Below, one piece after another: positions 1 to 11,640 of a stretch of DNA of 64,000 nt (position 1 is its first letter; every line of letters starts with the position of its first letter). The translations under genes were made by a program, and so were the position numbers. Source of the DNA: Chiloscyllium plagiosum. Its lineage: Eukaryota. The notes beneath the pieces are model-generated. The model made no database searches, was not told where the DNA came from, and saw only the letters and a program-made list of their open reading frames with translations. The stretch lies in the NCBI RefSeq assembly GCF_004010195.1, contig NC_057719.1, forward strand, positions 46,014,021 to 46,078,020, in the 5' to 3' direction.

Positions 1-551
1 TTAGAACTTCAACTTTTAGATCTGGTCTATCCTTTTCCATCACTATTTTAAAACGAATAGAATTATGGTCGCTGGCCCCAAAGTGTTCCCCCACTGACAC
101 CTCAGTCACCTGCCCTGCCTTATTTCCCATGAGTAGGTCAAGTTTTGCACCTTCTCTAGTAGGTACATCCACATACTGAATCAGAAAACTGTCTTGTATG
201 CACTTAACAAATTCCTCTCCATCTAAACATTTAACACCATGGCAGTCCCAGTCAATGCTTGGAAAGTTAAAATCCCCTACCATAACTACCCTATTATTCT
301 TACAGATAGCTGAGATCTCCTTATAAGTTTGTTTCTCAATTTCCCTCTGACTATTGGGGGGTCTATAATACAATCCCAATAAGGTCTATAATATAATCCC
401 TTTCTCATTTCTCAGTTCCAACCAAATAACTTTCCTGGATGTATTTCCGGAAATATCCTCCCTCAGCACAGGTGTAATGCCATCCCTTGTCAAAAATGCC
501 ACTCCCCCTCCTCTCTTGCCTCCCTTTCTATCCTTCCTGTAGCATTTGTAT
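1..551 (-). mobile_element. CR1-clade LINE fragment (APE endonuclease region of ORF2), cut by window start
   Basis: Reverse complement closely matches the CR1 copy at ~24775-25320 (segments encoding KCYRKDRKGGKRGGGVAFL and DVPTREGAKPDLLLGN). Confidence 0.9.
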
Positions 552-1156
552 CGAATTTTAGAATTCGATATTGTATGGAATTTTAAAACTGAAAGCCTTT
601 AATATAACATAGATGCAGGTTCCATTGGATTATATTTGTTTATACAGCTTGATTTCCTTTAAAAAAGCAAATAGATACATTAGTCACAGCCAAACATTTA
701 CGAATCCAATCTGATTTTCTTGTGTGTTTTCAGTGTTTACTAATATATTGCTGCATCACAGACTCTAAACATTCATCAATAACTGGCATTCAACAACTGA
801 CTTAGTGTTCTAACATATTTATTTTCTATTTGTCTTTGTTATAATTTGTGTCTCCAAAGGGTTAGATAATTTAAAAATTATTGCCTGTGGACAATCTTCT
901 GTAATATCCCAGGAGCTGCATCCTCTTAATCTGGAATTTCTAGCATTGCCAGATGGAAACCATTGCATTCTGTATTCAGAAATGATATCCAGTGTAGAGC
1001 ATATAAGAGTGTCCTAGGCATGGAGGGGACAAGAGGATCATGTTAGAACATTAATCTGCATCAAGTTATCTGACAGCTGTGTGTACTATACTGTATAACA
1101 TTTTGAATTAGTGCTGATCAAAACAATTCCATTGTGGTACATGACAATAAAACCGT

Positions 1157-1462
1157 GGGTGGCACAGTGGCAGAGTGGTTAGCACTGCTGCCTCACAGCG
1201 CCAGAGACCCGGGTTCAATTCCCGACTCGGGCGACTGACTGTGTGGAGTTTGCACGTTCTCCCCGTGTCTGTGTGGGTTTCCTCCGGGTGCTCCGGTTTC
1301 CTCCCACAGTCCAAAGATGTGCAGGTTAGGTGAATTGGCCATACTAAATTGCCCGTAGTGTTAGGTAAGGGGTAAATGTAGGGGTATGGGTGGGTTTCGC
1401 TTCGGCGGGTCGGTGTGGACTTGTTGGGCGAAGGGCCTGTTTCCACACTGTAATCTAATCTA
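1157..1462 (+). mobile_element. HE1-type V-SINE (tRNA-derived), full length
   Basis: A-box-like TGGCAGAGTGG, B-box GGTTCAATTCC, V-domain (tgtggagtttgcacgttctccccgtg), CR1-like tail ending in taatctaatctaa; at least six further copies in the window. Confidence 0.9.
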
Positions 1463-2009
1463 AAAAAAAAACTAGAAGTTGTGTGTTCATTTTAAATTAG
1501 GTAGTAATCGACTAATAAACAGTCCATTTTCATTTGATTTGGGAAAGTGACAGTTTCAATTTATTTGTGAAATAAATATTATTAGTAATGTGGGAAAAAG
1601 ACCACAAGGAGGCAGCATGTATTAACAGCCCAGGAACTAAAACAAGCAACTTGACATGCTGACAATGTTCCAAGATTTCACTTAAATAATTGCACTGGCA
1701 GGATAAGAGGTAAATTTAAGTGATCTATTTCAGTGAACCTACACTGACTCCAAAAAAAATGCATGTCAGCATTAAACCTTTTCATTTACTACACAATTTA
1801 AACATCATACCTAGAAAAAAAACAGCTGGCTCATACCAAAACTGTAATGACACTGCCTGAGCTATATCACATGACAATAATACACATGAAAGGTTTGGAT
1901 AATCTGATAAATTACAGTGCTGGGGATTGGAAGCAAGTATACTTTTGGGTCAAAGACTACAAGAAAGCATCTTTCACAAGTTCAAGACATTTCACTAATT
2001 GTTTAGAGT

Positions 2010-2325
2010 CAATTATGTACAATATAATACAATACTGCATAGGAACATGACCTTCGGCCTACTAAGACTGTGCAAATTCCAAAGCCTTATCTAGACCCGC
2101 TACTTATTACCCATATGCAGTTCCTAACCCTTTGTTCACCTCCCGTTCATGTGTCTATCAAGAAATGCCTAAAACATTGCTAACATGCCTACATCCACCT
2201 GATCTCTCTGGATGTCAATGCCCTAAGGCTTCTGCCATTTATTGTATAATTTGTACCTGAATATGATCTTCTAAATTGCATCATCTCGCATTTGTCCAGA
2301 TTAAACTCCATCTGTTATTTCTCTA
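2010..2325 (-). mobile_element. Degenerate CR1 3' fragments
   Basis: Resembles the reverse complement of CR1 3' end/RT segments (cgcatttgtccagattaaactccatctg). Confidence 0.55.
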
Positions 2326-2552
2326 TTTGTACTTTTGAAATCTAGCCACTGTTATAGAAGGTACAGCAACCAGCAAACTCCCAAAAACAGCAAGTGATAA
2401 AACCAGATACTTTTTTTTGGATAATGTCAGTTAGGGGATGGCCAAGACAGCAAGATAACTCCCTCCTCCTTTGAAATAGTTGTCATAGGATCTTTTACAT
2501 GCACTTAGAGTCATAAGGTCTTACAGCATGGAAACAGACCCTTTGATCCAAC

Positions 2553-2947
2553 AAGGATTCATAAACCAGGATGTTGCCAGGCACGAAGGGTTTGAGACAT
2601 AAAACTAGGCGAGAAAAACTTGGTCATTTCTCAATGGAGCATAGGAATTTGAAAGCTGACTTTATTTAGGTTTATAAAATCATGAGGGGCATAGATAAAG
2701 TGAATGACAAGTGTCTTTCTCCGACCATGGATGAGTTCAAAACTGGGAGGCATATTTTTAAGTTGAGAGGAGAAAGATTTAAAAGGGACACGAGGGGCAA
2801 GTCTTTTTACACAGAGAGTGGGTCATGGGTGGAATCAACTTCCAGAGGAAGTGGTGAATGCAGGTACAGTTACAATATTTAAAAGACATTTCGATGAGTT
2901 TGTGAATGAGAAAGGTTTGGGGGTGTACTGGCCAAGCGAAGGTAGGG
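2553..2947 (+). mobile_element. CR1 LINE 3' fragment
   Basis: Encodes MRGIDKVN...GHIFKLRGERFKRD-like peptide homologous to the CR1 ORF2 C-termini at 50158 and 54488. Confidence 0.8.
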
Positions 2948-2961
2948 GCTTCAGTTTAACA

Positions 2962-3124
2962 AGGTAAAAACAATGACTGCAGATGCTGGAAACCAGATTC
3001 TGGATTAGTGGTGCTGGAAGAGCACAGCAATTATTCCTGATGAAGGGCTTTTGCCCGAAACGTCGATTTTGCCTGTCCTCGGATGCTGCCTGAATTGCTG
3101 TGCTCTTCCAGCACCACTAATCCA
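2962..3124. mobile_element. Short Penelope-like fold-back insertion with hammerhead motif
   Basis: Inverted arms ctggattagtggtgctggaagagcacagcaatt / aattgctgtgctcttccagcaccactaatccag; CTGATGA-A-GGGC-TTTT-GCCC-GAAAC-GTC at 3037-3064; direct repeat gcttcagtttaaca at 2948-2961 and 3125-3138. Confidence 0.85.
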
Positions 3125-3382
3125 GCTTCAGTTTAACAGTTTATCCCAGTGAAACTGTTCTGACAGTTCCGTACTATTCTTTCCGTACTGATCAGGACAT
3201 TGGCCTAGACTATTGTGTTCAAGTCTCTGGAACAACTCTTGAGGCAAAATATTAATATCTAAGCCACAGGTTACACTATCCCTCATCAGAATTCAGTGCT
3301 AATTTGTTTCTTTTCTCGTGATTGACAAATTCATGTGTCACTTATGTTTCTATTTTAAATTAATTTCCATTAGAACATTGAT

Positions 3383-3727
3383 GGGGAGGTGATGGCCTAG
3401 TGGTATTATTGTTGGACTGTTAATCCAGAGACCCAGATTATGTTCTGGGGACCTGGGTTTGAATCCTGCCACGGCAGATGGTGGAATTTGAATTCAGTCT
3501 GGAATTAAGAGTCTAATGATGACAAGGAGTGAATTTTTGGAAAAACGCATCTGATTCATTAATGCCCTTCAGAGAAGAAAACTGCCATCCTTACCTGGTC
3601 TGGCCTACATGTGACTCCAGACCCACAGCAATGTGGCTGTCTCTTAAATGCTATCTGGACAATTAGGGATGGGCAATAAATGTTGCCCAGCCAGTGACAC
3701 CCTCATCCCATAAATGAATAATAAAAA
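3383..3727 (+). mobile_element. tRNA-derived SINE whose 3' tail resembles the LINE end at 31250-31880
   Basis: tggcctagtgg A-box, ggtttgaatcc B-box, tail gggcaataaatg...aatgaataa; related copies at ~18100-18420 and ~45185-45597. Confidence 0.75.
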
Positions 3728-4344
3728 GTATAGCACTCATAAATATATTTATAAATTATAATGTATGTCCTTAATCCCACTTTACTGTTTGCAGTTTCTT
3801 TGGTTCTATTGTGTTATTTTGACAAATTTATTTTGTTACCTCTCAGTTTTCCATTAAGCAGGTTACAATCTATTTAACACTTTAATCACTCTCTGTGATT
3901 GGAGATGTCTGTTAGCCCCTGAGCATTCTTTTCTCTTTATCTTTCCAACCTTTCTCAAATCTAATGAATAGTATTTAAAACTGAAATCATCCTTTTGGCT
4001 TTACACTTATCGGTTTACACTTACCCTTTCCTACATTTTCAGAAACAACTGTATTTATTTTAAATCTCACCATTGATAAATTTGGCAAGGCCCATTGGCA
4101 ATCCTGATGCAATAATAATGATTAATTTTGATATCAAATCAAAGCGTAGGAAGTGGTTCAAAAGCAAAATCATGCAAATGTGTTCTCTGGGCTCAACTCA
4201 TCATTAATATAAATAGAATTTTGAATATAGACCATATAGAAGGGGGTCGGTAAGCTCAGTTGGCTGGATAGCTAGTTTGCAATGCAGAGTGATATTATTA
4301 AACTGAATCATAGTAACTGAGTTATAATAGTACCTATTATGGTG

Positions 4345-5320
4345 GTGCTGAAAGGATTGTTTATAGATTATCGCAAAGTCAACACAGTAACAAAGGCAGA
4401 TTCACAGCTGATTCCACAATTGGATGATTGTATTGAGAGGATTGGACGAGCATGAAAACTTTGTGACAAAAATAGACTTATTAGAAGAATATCAGCTGGA
4501 TTAATTCACTACTGATACAGCCAAAGAAATATCAGCTTTTGTAGTACGTGGTGGACTTTAGTAATATAATGTCATGCTGTTTGGAATGAAAAGGTGCCAG
4601 CAAATGTTTCAATGATTATTTAACAAGGTCATTGAAGGATTACACAATTGTTGTATATATTGACACATTAGTTGTGGTCAGTCAATCCTGAGAACCAATT
4701 ACATTGCTTGAATAATTGAGTGGTTACAAAGAGCCAATGTCAGTCACAAACTTGGCAAAATTGAAGGTGGTGAAGCAATGATATGACTTAATAGGGCAAC
4801 ACTAAACCAACTAGCACCTAGAGAAGCAAAAATAAGGGCTATTGTGGATTTTCCTGTGCTAAAGTCAAAACATGAAATTTTGTGATATATGACCATGAGT
4901 AGATTTTATTGGCTACTTGATCCAAATTTCAGCACTGCAGTAACTCTCTGGTCAAGTTTGTTAAAGAAAGACAAGAAATTTGAACAGAAAAAGAAACATC
5001 AAGGTGACTTTGACAACTTAAAATCTGTACTGACTATTAAACTGGTTTTAGCAGCCTCCAACTACTGTATGTCAATCCATTTAAACTGGCTGTTGATGGC
5101 AGCAGCTTGGTTAGTACAGTGTTAAGAAATGATGAGGATTGAATAGCCAGTCAGATATTTACTCTTACGCTAAATTTGTGTTAACATAATTTTTCAACAG
5201 TGAAAAAGAGACTTTGAGTTTAGTATTGGCTGTATGATACTTTGAAGTCAAACAGCTCTAACAACTCTGTAAAGACTTTTCTGTACATGGATCAGAATCC
5301 TCTACTTTTCTGAAAAGATA
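4345..5320 (+). pseudogene. Degenerate Ty3/Gypsy pol remnant (RT-RNase H)
   Basis: Translation from ~4356 gives LFIDYRKVNTVTKADSQLIPQLDDCIERIG and then FVTKIDLL, matching Gypsy RT motifs; many stops and frameshifts. Confidence 0.8.
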
Positions 5321-5332
5321 GCACAACTGAGT

Positions 5333-6210
5333 AGCCATTTACAAATTTGTTGATGACACCACTGTCATAGGATAGATATCAAACAATGATGAGGCAGAAT
5401 ACAGAAAGGAGAGAGGGCTTAGTGACATGGCGTATTGAGAACAATCTCTCTCTCAATGTCAGCAAAACTAAAGAACTGATCATTGACTTCAGAAAGAAAG
5501 GAAGAGAATATGCCCTCACCTACATCAACGGAGGGGAGGTGGAGAGGGTTGAGAGCATCAAGTTCCTAGGAGTGACGACAACCTGTTCCGGACTTCCCAA
5601 GTAGATGAAGAAGGCACAAAAACGTTTCTTCTTCCTTAGGCAGCTCAGGAAATTTGGCATGTCCATAAGGACCCTCACCAACCTTTACAGATGCACCACA
5701 AAGCATACTGTCTGAGTGCATAACAGCCTGGTACAACAACTGCTCTGCCGAGGACCGTAAGAAACTACAGAAGGTTGTGGACACAGCCCAGACCATCACG
5801 GAAACCAACCTCCTATCCATCGATTCCACCTACACCTCTCGTTGCTGAAGAAAGGCTGCCAACATCATCAAAGATCCATCCTACCCCAGTAATGCTATTC
5901 TACAACCTCTTCCATCAGGCAGAAGATACTGAAGCTTGATACACGCACCAGCAGATTCAAGAACAGCTTCTTCCCTGCCGTTATTATACTGATGAATGGA
6001 CTCTCTAACTTCAAATAATATTGATCTTGTTAATTGATCTTGCTCGCACATGTCCTGTATAGTGTAACCTGTGCGCCGCACTCTATCCAAGTTTGTTCTA
6101 CCCTAAGATCTGTCTCTCCTTGCTTACAATGATCTGCCTGTATTGCTCGCAAACAAAGCTTTTCATTTTCCTGGGTACATGTGACAATAAAGCAAATCAA
6201 ATCAATCAAC
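5333..6210 (+). mobile_element. Rex1/Babar LINE 3' portion
   Basis: KFVDDTT and NNLSLNVSKTKELIIDFRK peptides; 3' end gtacatgtgacaataaa followed by a (caaat)n-like tail. Confidence 0.85.
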
Positions 6211-6404
6211 CAGGACTTCATACTCTCCCTGGGTCTCTCTACTGGCCAAAGTGGAATATATAGCTTTTTTTTTAGCTCCAGCAATGGGATATCAGCCTGC
6301 ATGACAAGACATTAGTGTCAGATGTACCAGCTCCAATGTCACATAAATCATAAGAGAAACAGGGAAGAATAACAATTCCTGATTTTTATGGATAATCTTT
6401 TCAA

Positions 6405-6615
6405 TCTGGCAGCATCTGTGCAGAGAAATCAGAGCTAACGTTCTGGATCTAGTGATCCTTCTTCAGAACATGAGAACTTCAGAGCTTAAGTTCTGAAGAA
6501 GGGTCACTGGACCTGAAACATTAACTCTAATTTCTCTGCACAAATACTGCTAAACTTGCTGAGTTTTTCCAGCAATTTCTGTTTTTGTTTCTAATTTCAA
6601 GCATCCACAGGTTTT
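6405..6615. mobile_element. Penelope-like fold-back remnant (second family)
   Basis: Inverted arms around 6470-6490; CTGAAGA-A-GGGTC-ACTG-GACCT-GAAAC at ~6493-6519. Confidence 0.7.
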
Positions 6616-6821
6616 TTTTTTCTGTACTTCTCCTTTACACGTTGCTCATTCTCACAGCTGCTGGAAATAATTTTGCAAACTTCCCTGGAAATCTCTTTAA
6701 CTGTCCAGGGATTCACAGATCTTAAACACAAATAAAGTCCACTGGGTCTCAAAATTTTGGTTGAAGTACCTCTTTTCAATTAGATTAGTAATCATCAGTC
6801 TCTTACAGTCATCATAATTTG

Positions 6822-7010
6822 ACCAGACCATAGGGCTGATCTTTCATTAGAGAGAGAGATGACTGGTGGTGGTTTAACCTGAGGTTCAGGCAAAATGCGA
6901 GGTTCAGAAGGAGCAGAGAGTCCTTCATGGTAATCTCAGCCGGAGCAGGAATTCAATGCACACTGTCGGTGTTACTTTGCATTGCAAACCAGCTGTCCAG
7001 ACAACTGAGC
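6822..7010 (-). mobile_element. tRNA-derived SINE (family with ggttaaaccaccaccagtc body)
   Basis: Homologous to 59607-59807 and to the head fragment at 4243-4293 (gctcagttggctgg A-box-like). Confidence 0.7.
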
Positions 7011-7145
7011 CTGACATTTAGTTTCACATCTATATTTTGATGCTTAATTGCAAATTTAAATCTACTGATAAGAAACTTCTGAAATATTTAGTGAGAGGAA
7101 ATCTAAAAAGTTTAATTACCATTTGTCTTAATGATGTAAAATATG

Positions 7146-7371
7146 CTGAAAATGTGTTGCTGGAAAAGCGCAGCAGGTCATGCAGCATCCAAGGGACAGG
7201 AGAATCGACGTTTCGGGCATAAGCCCTTCTTCAGGAATGATTCCTGATGAAGGGCTTATGCCCGAAACGTTGATTCTCCTGTTCCCTGGATACTGCCTGA
7301 CCTGCTGCGCTTTTCCAGCAACACATTTTCAGCTCTGATCTCCAGCATCTGCAGCCCTCACTTTCTCCTCC
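7146..7371. mobile_element. Penelope-like (Neptune-type) pLTR fold-back with two opposed hammerhead motifs
   Basis: Near-perfect palindrome ~7146-7332 plus a ~39-nt unpaired extension; 14-bp TSD tgatgtaaaatatg at 7132-7145 and 7372-7385. Confidence 0.9.
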
Positions 7372-7421
7372 TGATGTAAAATATGGACAATTGACTTCTG
7401 AATTTCATCATCTGATTTAAT

Positions 7422-8172
7422 GGATGTAGATTTGCTCGCTGAGCTGGAAGGTTCATTTTCAGATGTTTTGTCACCATACTAGGTAACAGCTTCAGTGAGC
7501 CTCTGGACGAAGCACTGCTGATGTTTTCTGCTTTCTATTTATATGTTTGCGTTTCCTTAGGTTGATGATGTCATTTCCCGTGGTGATGTCATTTCCAGTT
7601 CTTTTTCTCAGGGGGTGGTAAATGGGGCCCAAGTCAATGTGTTTGTTGATAGAGGTCCGGTTAGAATGCCATGCTTCTAGGAATTCTCGTACATGTCTCT
7701 GTTTGGCTTGTCCTAGGATGGATGTATTGTCCCAGTCGAAGTGGTGTTCTTCCTTATCTGTATGCAAGGATACTAGTGAGAGAAGTTCATGTCGTTTTGT
7801 GGCTAGTTGATGTTCATGTATCCTGGTGGCTAGCCAGAGACATGCACAAGAATTCCTAGAAACATGGCATTCCAACCAGAATTCTATTAACAAACACAAT
7901 GACTTGGACCCCATTTACCACCCTCTGAGAAAAAGAACAGGAAATGATATCACCATAGGAAATGAAATCACCACAGCAAATGACATCACCAGCCTAAGGA
8001 AACACAAACATATAAATAGAAAGCAGGAAACATCAGCAGTGCTTTATCCAGAGGCTTATTGAAGACATTACCTAGTATGGTGATGAAACATCTGAAAATG
8101 AACCTTCCAGTTCAGCGAGCAATCCTACATCCAGAGCCTCAACCTGAGCTACAAATCATCTCAAAACCCGCT
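7422..8172. mobile_element. Penelope-like element 3' end (GIY-YIG C-terminus) as an inverted repeat
   Basis: LATRIHEHQLATKRH...HHFDWDNTSILGQAKQRHVREFLEAWHS on minus, mirrored on plus from 7826; 12-bp TSD atctgatttaat at 7410-7421 and 8173-8184. Confidence 0.85.
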
Positions 8173-8684
8173 ATCTGATTTAATACCAGGAACTGTCATG
8201 GACTGAAGTGTTTTGAAAGAGAAGCAAAAGTACTGCCTTAAAGTAGTTACCAGCATCATCTGACCACAATTGATCAGACTTCAATATGGATTACACAGTC
8301 AAACTGAAATTCATTTTTCATCCAAAAACAGGGAAGCAAGCCATTCTCTCTTTAGAGAGGTCCAAAGAAACCCTCATGTCCAATTCTTATTTTATACCCT
8401 GATGAGAATCTTTACACATTGGAGATGAAAAGAACACACGCAATTCTCAAGCTTGGAGACAATAGGTTTAGACATAGAAACACACAATCATGCTTGTATT
8501 TTAAGAAACTGTTTTTGGCAGAGTCTGTAGAAGCAAGCTCTGTTAGCACGCTCTTGCTTTAATCAACAAGAGAAGGTGCTTGCTAACAATATGGATTAAA
8601 CAGGAACATCAGAACATCAAGCATTAAAAACATAACTGAAATTTTCACTACTGCTGATGATCCAAGACACCAAATAAACAGCTC

Positions 8685-9688
8685 GGAGAAAGTGAGGACT
8701 GCAGATGCTGGAGAGTCAAGAGTCAAAAAGGGAGGCCATGGAAAAACACAGCAGGTCAGGCAGCATCCAAGGAGCAGGAGACTTGATGTTTTGGGCATAA
8801 GCCTTTCATCAGGAATGTAGGGGTGATGGGGACTGAGAGATAAATAGGAGGGTGGGGCTGGGGAGAAGGTAGCCAGAAAGGTGATAGGTAGATTTAGATG
8901 GAGGGTAATTGTGATAGGTCAATGGGGAAGATGGTGCGGATAGGTGGGAAGGAAGATGGACAGGTCAAGAGGGCAGTGCCAAGTTGGAGAGTTGGATCTG
9001 GAATGAGGTGGGGGGAGGGGAGATGAGGAAACTGGTGAAGTTGATGTTGATGGCATGTGGTTGAAGGGTCCCAACGTGGAAGATGAGGCATTCTTCGTCC
9101 AGACATCGGGTGACTTGGATCTGGAGGAGGTCCAGGACCTAAAAGTCCTTGGGGGAGTGGGAGGGGGAAGTTGAAGTGGTTGACCATGGGGCAATGGGGT
9201 TATTTGGTGTGTGTGTCCCAGAGATGTTCCCGGAAACGCTCCATAACTTGGCATCCAGACTCCCTGATGTAGACGAGACCACATCGAGAGCAATGGACAC
9301 AGTGAGTGAGGTGGGTGGATGTGCAGGAAAATTCCTGTCGGATATGAAAAGATCCTTTGGGGCCTTGGACAGAGATGAGGGGGGAACGTTCTACACCTCT
9401 TGCAGCGATTTCCAAATCTCTCCTGCACCCACCCCATCCCAGATCCAACCCTCCAATGCAGCACCGCTCTCTTGACCTGTCCTATCTGTCCATCTTCCTT
9501 CCCACCTTTCTCCATCACCCTCCCCACTGACCTATCACCATCATCTCCCACCTGCTTCGACCTATCACCTTCCCAGCTACCTTCCCCCCAGCCCCACCCC
9601 CACATTCCTGATAAAGGGCTCATGTCCGAAACATCGACTCTCCTGCTCCTCAGATGCTGCCTGACCTGCTGTGCTTTTCCAGCTACAC
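8685..9688 (-). mobile_element. Penelope-like (Neptune-type) 5'-truncated element with inverted pLTR
   Basis: Minus ORF CTSTHLTHCVHCSRCGLVYIRESG...RFREHL is a degenerate GIY-YIG; inverted copy ~9400-9688; flanking caaataaacag(g)ctc duplication. Confidence 0.85.
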
Positions 9689-10854
9689 CAAATAAACAGG
9701 CTCTGGTCACGGGTCCATCTCAAGGACCCACTAAGGACTTTGAATTGCAAACATCTTTCATCTTCCTTTTGTACAAGACACTATCCCTTTGTGTGTAGGC
9801 TTGATATATGTTACATCTTCTTTATTTTCTCAGGATTAGCAGATTATAAACTTGCTCTTTCATTCAAGAACACCTTATAATTGTTTGTTTTTACTGTGAC
9901 AGTAGAAATTAGTCAAATTCATATTTATTGGACAGAGGTATAGGCTTGTACTAAAAAAAGCATTAAGTTTAATTGTGGCCAACAAGTGAGATATAACAAG
10001 GGAGACAGTTCACCCCCCCCTCATCATATTTTAAGCAAAAGAAGCAATAGTGTAATTGGTACATTAACAAGATGGACTGTGAGCAGAGATATTAATAGTA
10101 AATGTCTGCTTTTACTGAGATGCATAAATTGAATACAGCAATGTGGCTGTAAAAGCAGATGCTGGATGTGTAGCGGAACTCGGTCAATAAACCTTTTATG
10201 AACAGTGTTTGGAAACAGCCTCGAGGTAGCAGCTCCCTCAGCAGCCCCAGAGAGAAATGGCAATGGTAGTGAAGACTGATGTGTGAACCAACAGTTTGTG
10301 GCCTGAAAAACACATTGCAGCTCCAGGGCTGGGAGGGTGAAGGGATTGTGCTGATTCTTATCAGTTTGAAGCCAGAACATTGAATAAAAGGCCTTCTGTT
10401 CACAGTGACCAGCTCATCTCCCATGTTCACAATCTGACACACTCCCACAACATCAGAGGTCAGTAGGCTTACACTTATCCAACTCCTGCAACATCCACAC
10501 AGCCCACTTTCAACAACTGGCTCCCATTACTCAGACATTTTTGCTCCACTTACAAAAATCATTGTAAGATTTGAAAGTGCAGTGCACAAGCATGAGTGAG
10601 GCCTAAAAATAGTGTCTCATACAAGGAATTTACAATGGTTGCCATGTATTGAACTCATTGTGAGGATTAAAACACACCTCCTAGTAACTGGAGGGGCATT
10701 TTAACAGTAGAAAAGAAGGGACAAATTGTAGTAACAGATGACCAAGGATTGAATTGTTCCACATAAGAGCATTTTCAGAAACCCAGGAGCTATCTTTGAA
10801 GACTCTGTTCTCAGTTATACTACAGATGCTGTCCAATTTGGATGAAAGAATATC

Positions 10855-11050
10855 AAGGTATTTTCTTGATGGTGTCAAGTTAATTGTGGATGTCCAAACA
10901 CTTTCGCGGGTTCAGGTACATAGATCTCTAAAATGCTACAAAATAATCAAGAAACCTAACGGGGCACTGGCCTTTATATATAGAGGAATAGAATAAAAGG
11001 ATGCAGAAGTTACGCTACAGTTTGGGTGCAACACCTTAGGAAGGATACAT
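10855..11050 (+). mobile_element. Degenerate CR1 fragment
   Basis: YFLDGVKL...IIKKPNGALAFIYRGIE resembles CR1 ORF2. Confidence 0.6.
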
Positions 11051-11427
11051 TCCGTTAGCTTGCTTGATTATTTTGGCTACTTCACAACCAATAAATTGGA
11101 TTTTCAGACTTAGTAGATGTTGTTATGGAGCAGCTAATTCATGCACAGCATTTTCCTAGAGACACCAATGTGATGATTTGTTTTGTGATGATGATTAAAA
11201 GTTAACCATTAGTCACTATTCACATGGACTTCAGAATTCTGATGTGGAAATGAGACATGAGAAATATCCTATTTAAATATAACAGCACGCAATGTCAGTT
11301 GTTCCTAAAGGGTGGTACATTTGGACACTTTCTAATACAACTGGGATAATGAGTAGTGCAATTGGAACTTTTAGATCTACTGAAGCAGGCAAATGGGGCC
11401 TTGATTTAATGTCTTAGCAGGAAGACA

Positions 11428-11640
11428 AAGTTAAAAATCACACAACACCAGGTTATAGTCCAACAGGTTTATTTAGAAACATTAGCTTTCGGATCACTGC
11501 TCCTTCATCAAGTGGTTGTGATGAAGGAGCAGTGCTCTGAAAGCTAGTACTTCCAAATAAACCTGTTGGACTATAACCTGGTGTTGTATGATTTTTAATT
11601 TTGCCCACCCTAATCCAACACAGGGACCTCCAAATCATGA
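11428..11640. mobile_element. Penelope-like fold-back (third family) inserted in a DeuSINE-like remnant
   Basis: Arms aaaaatcacacaacaccaggttatagtccaacaggtttattt / aaataaacctgttggactataacctggtgttgtatgattttt; TGATGA-A-GGAGC-AGT-GCTCT-GAAAGCT core; related copy at 60066-60222. Confidence 0.8.

Noticed and set aside
1157..1230. tRNA gene
   Set aside because: It is the tRNA-derived head of an HE1 SINE and continues into the V-domain and tail.
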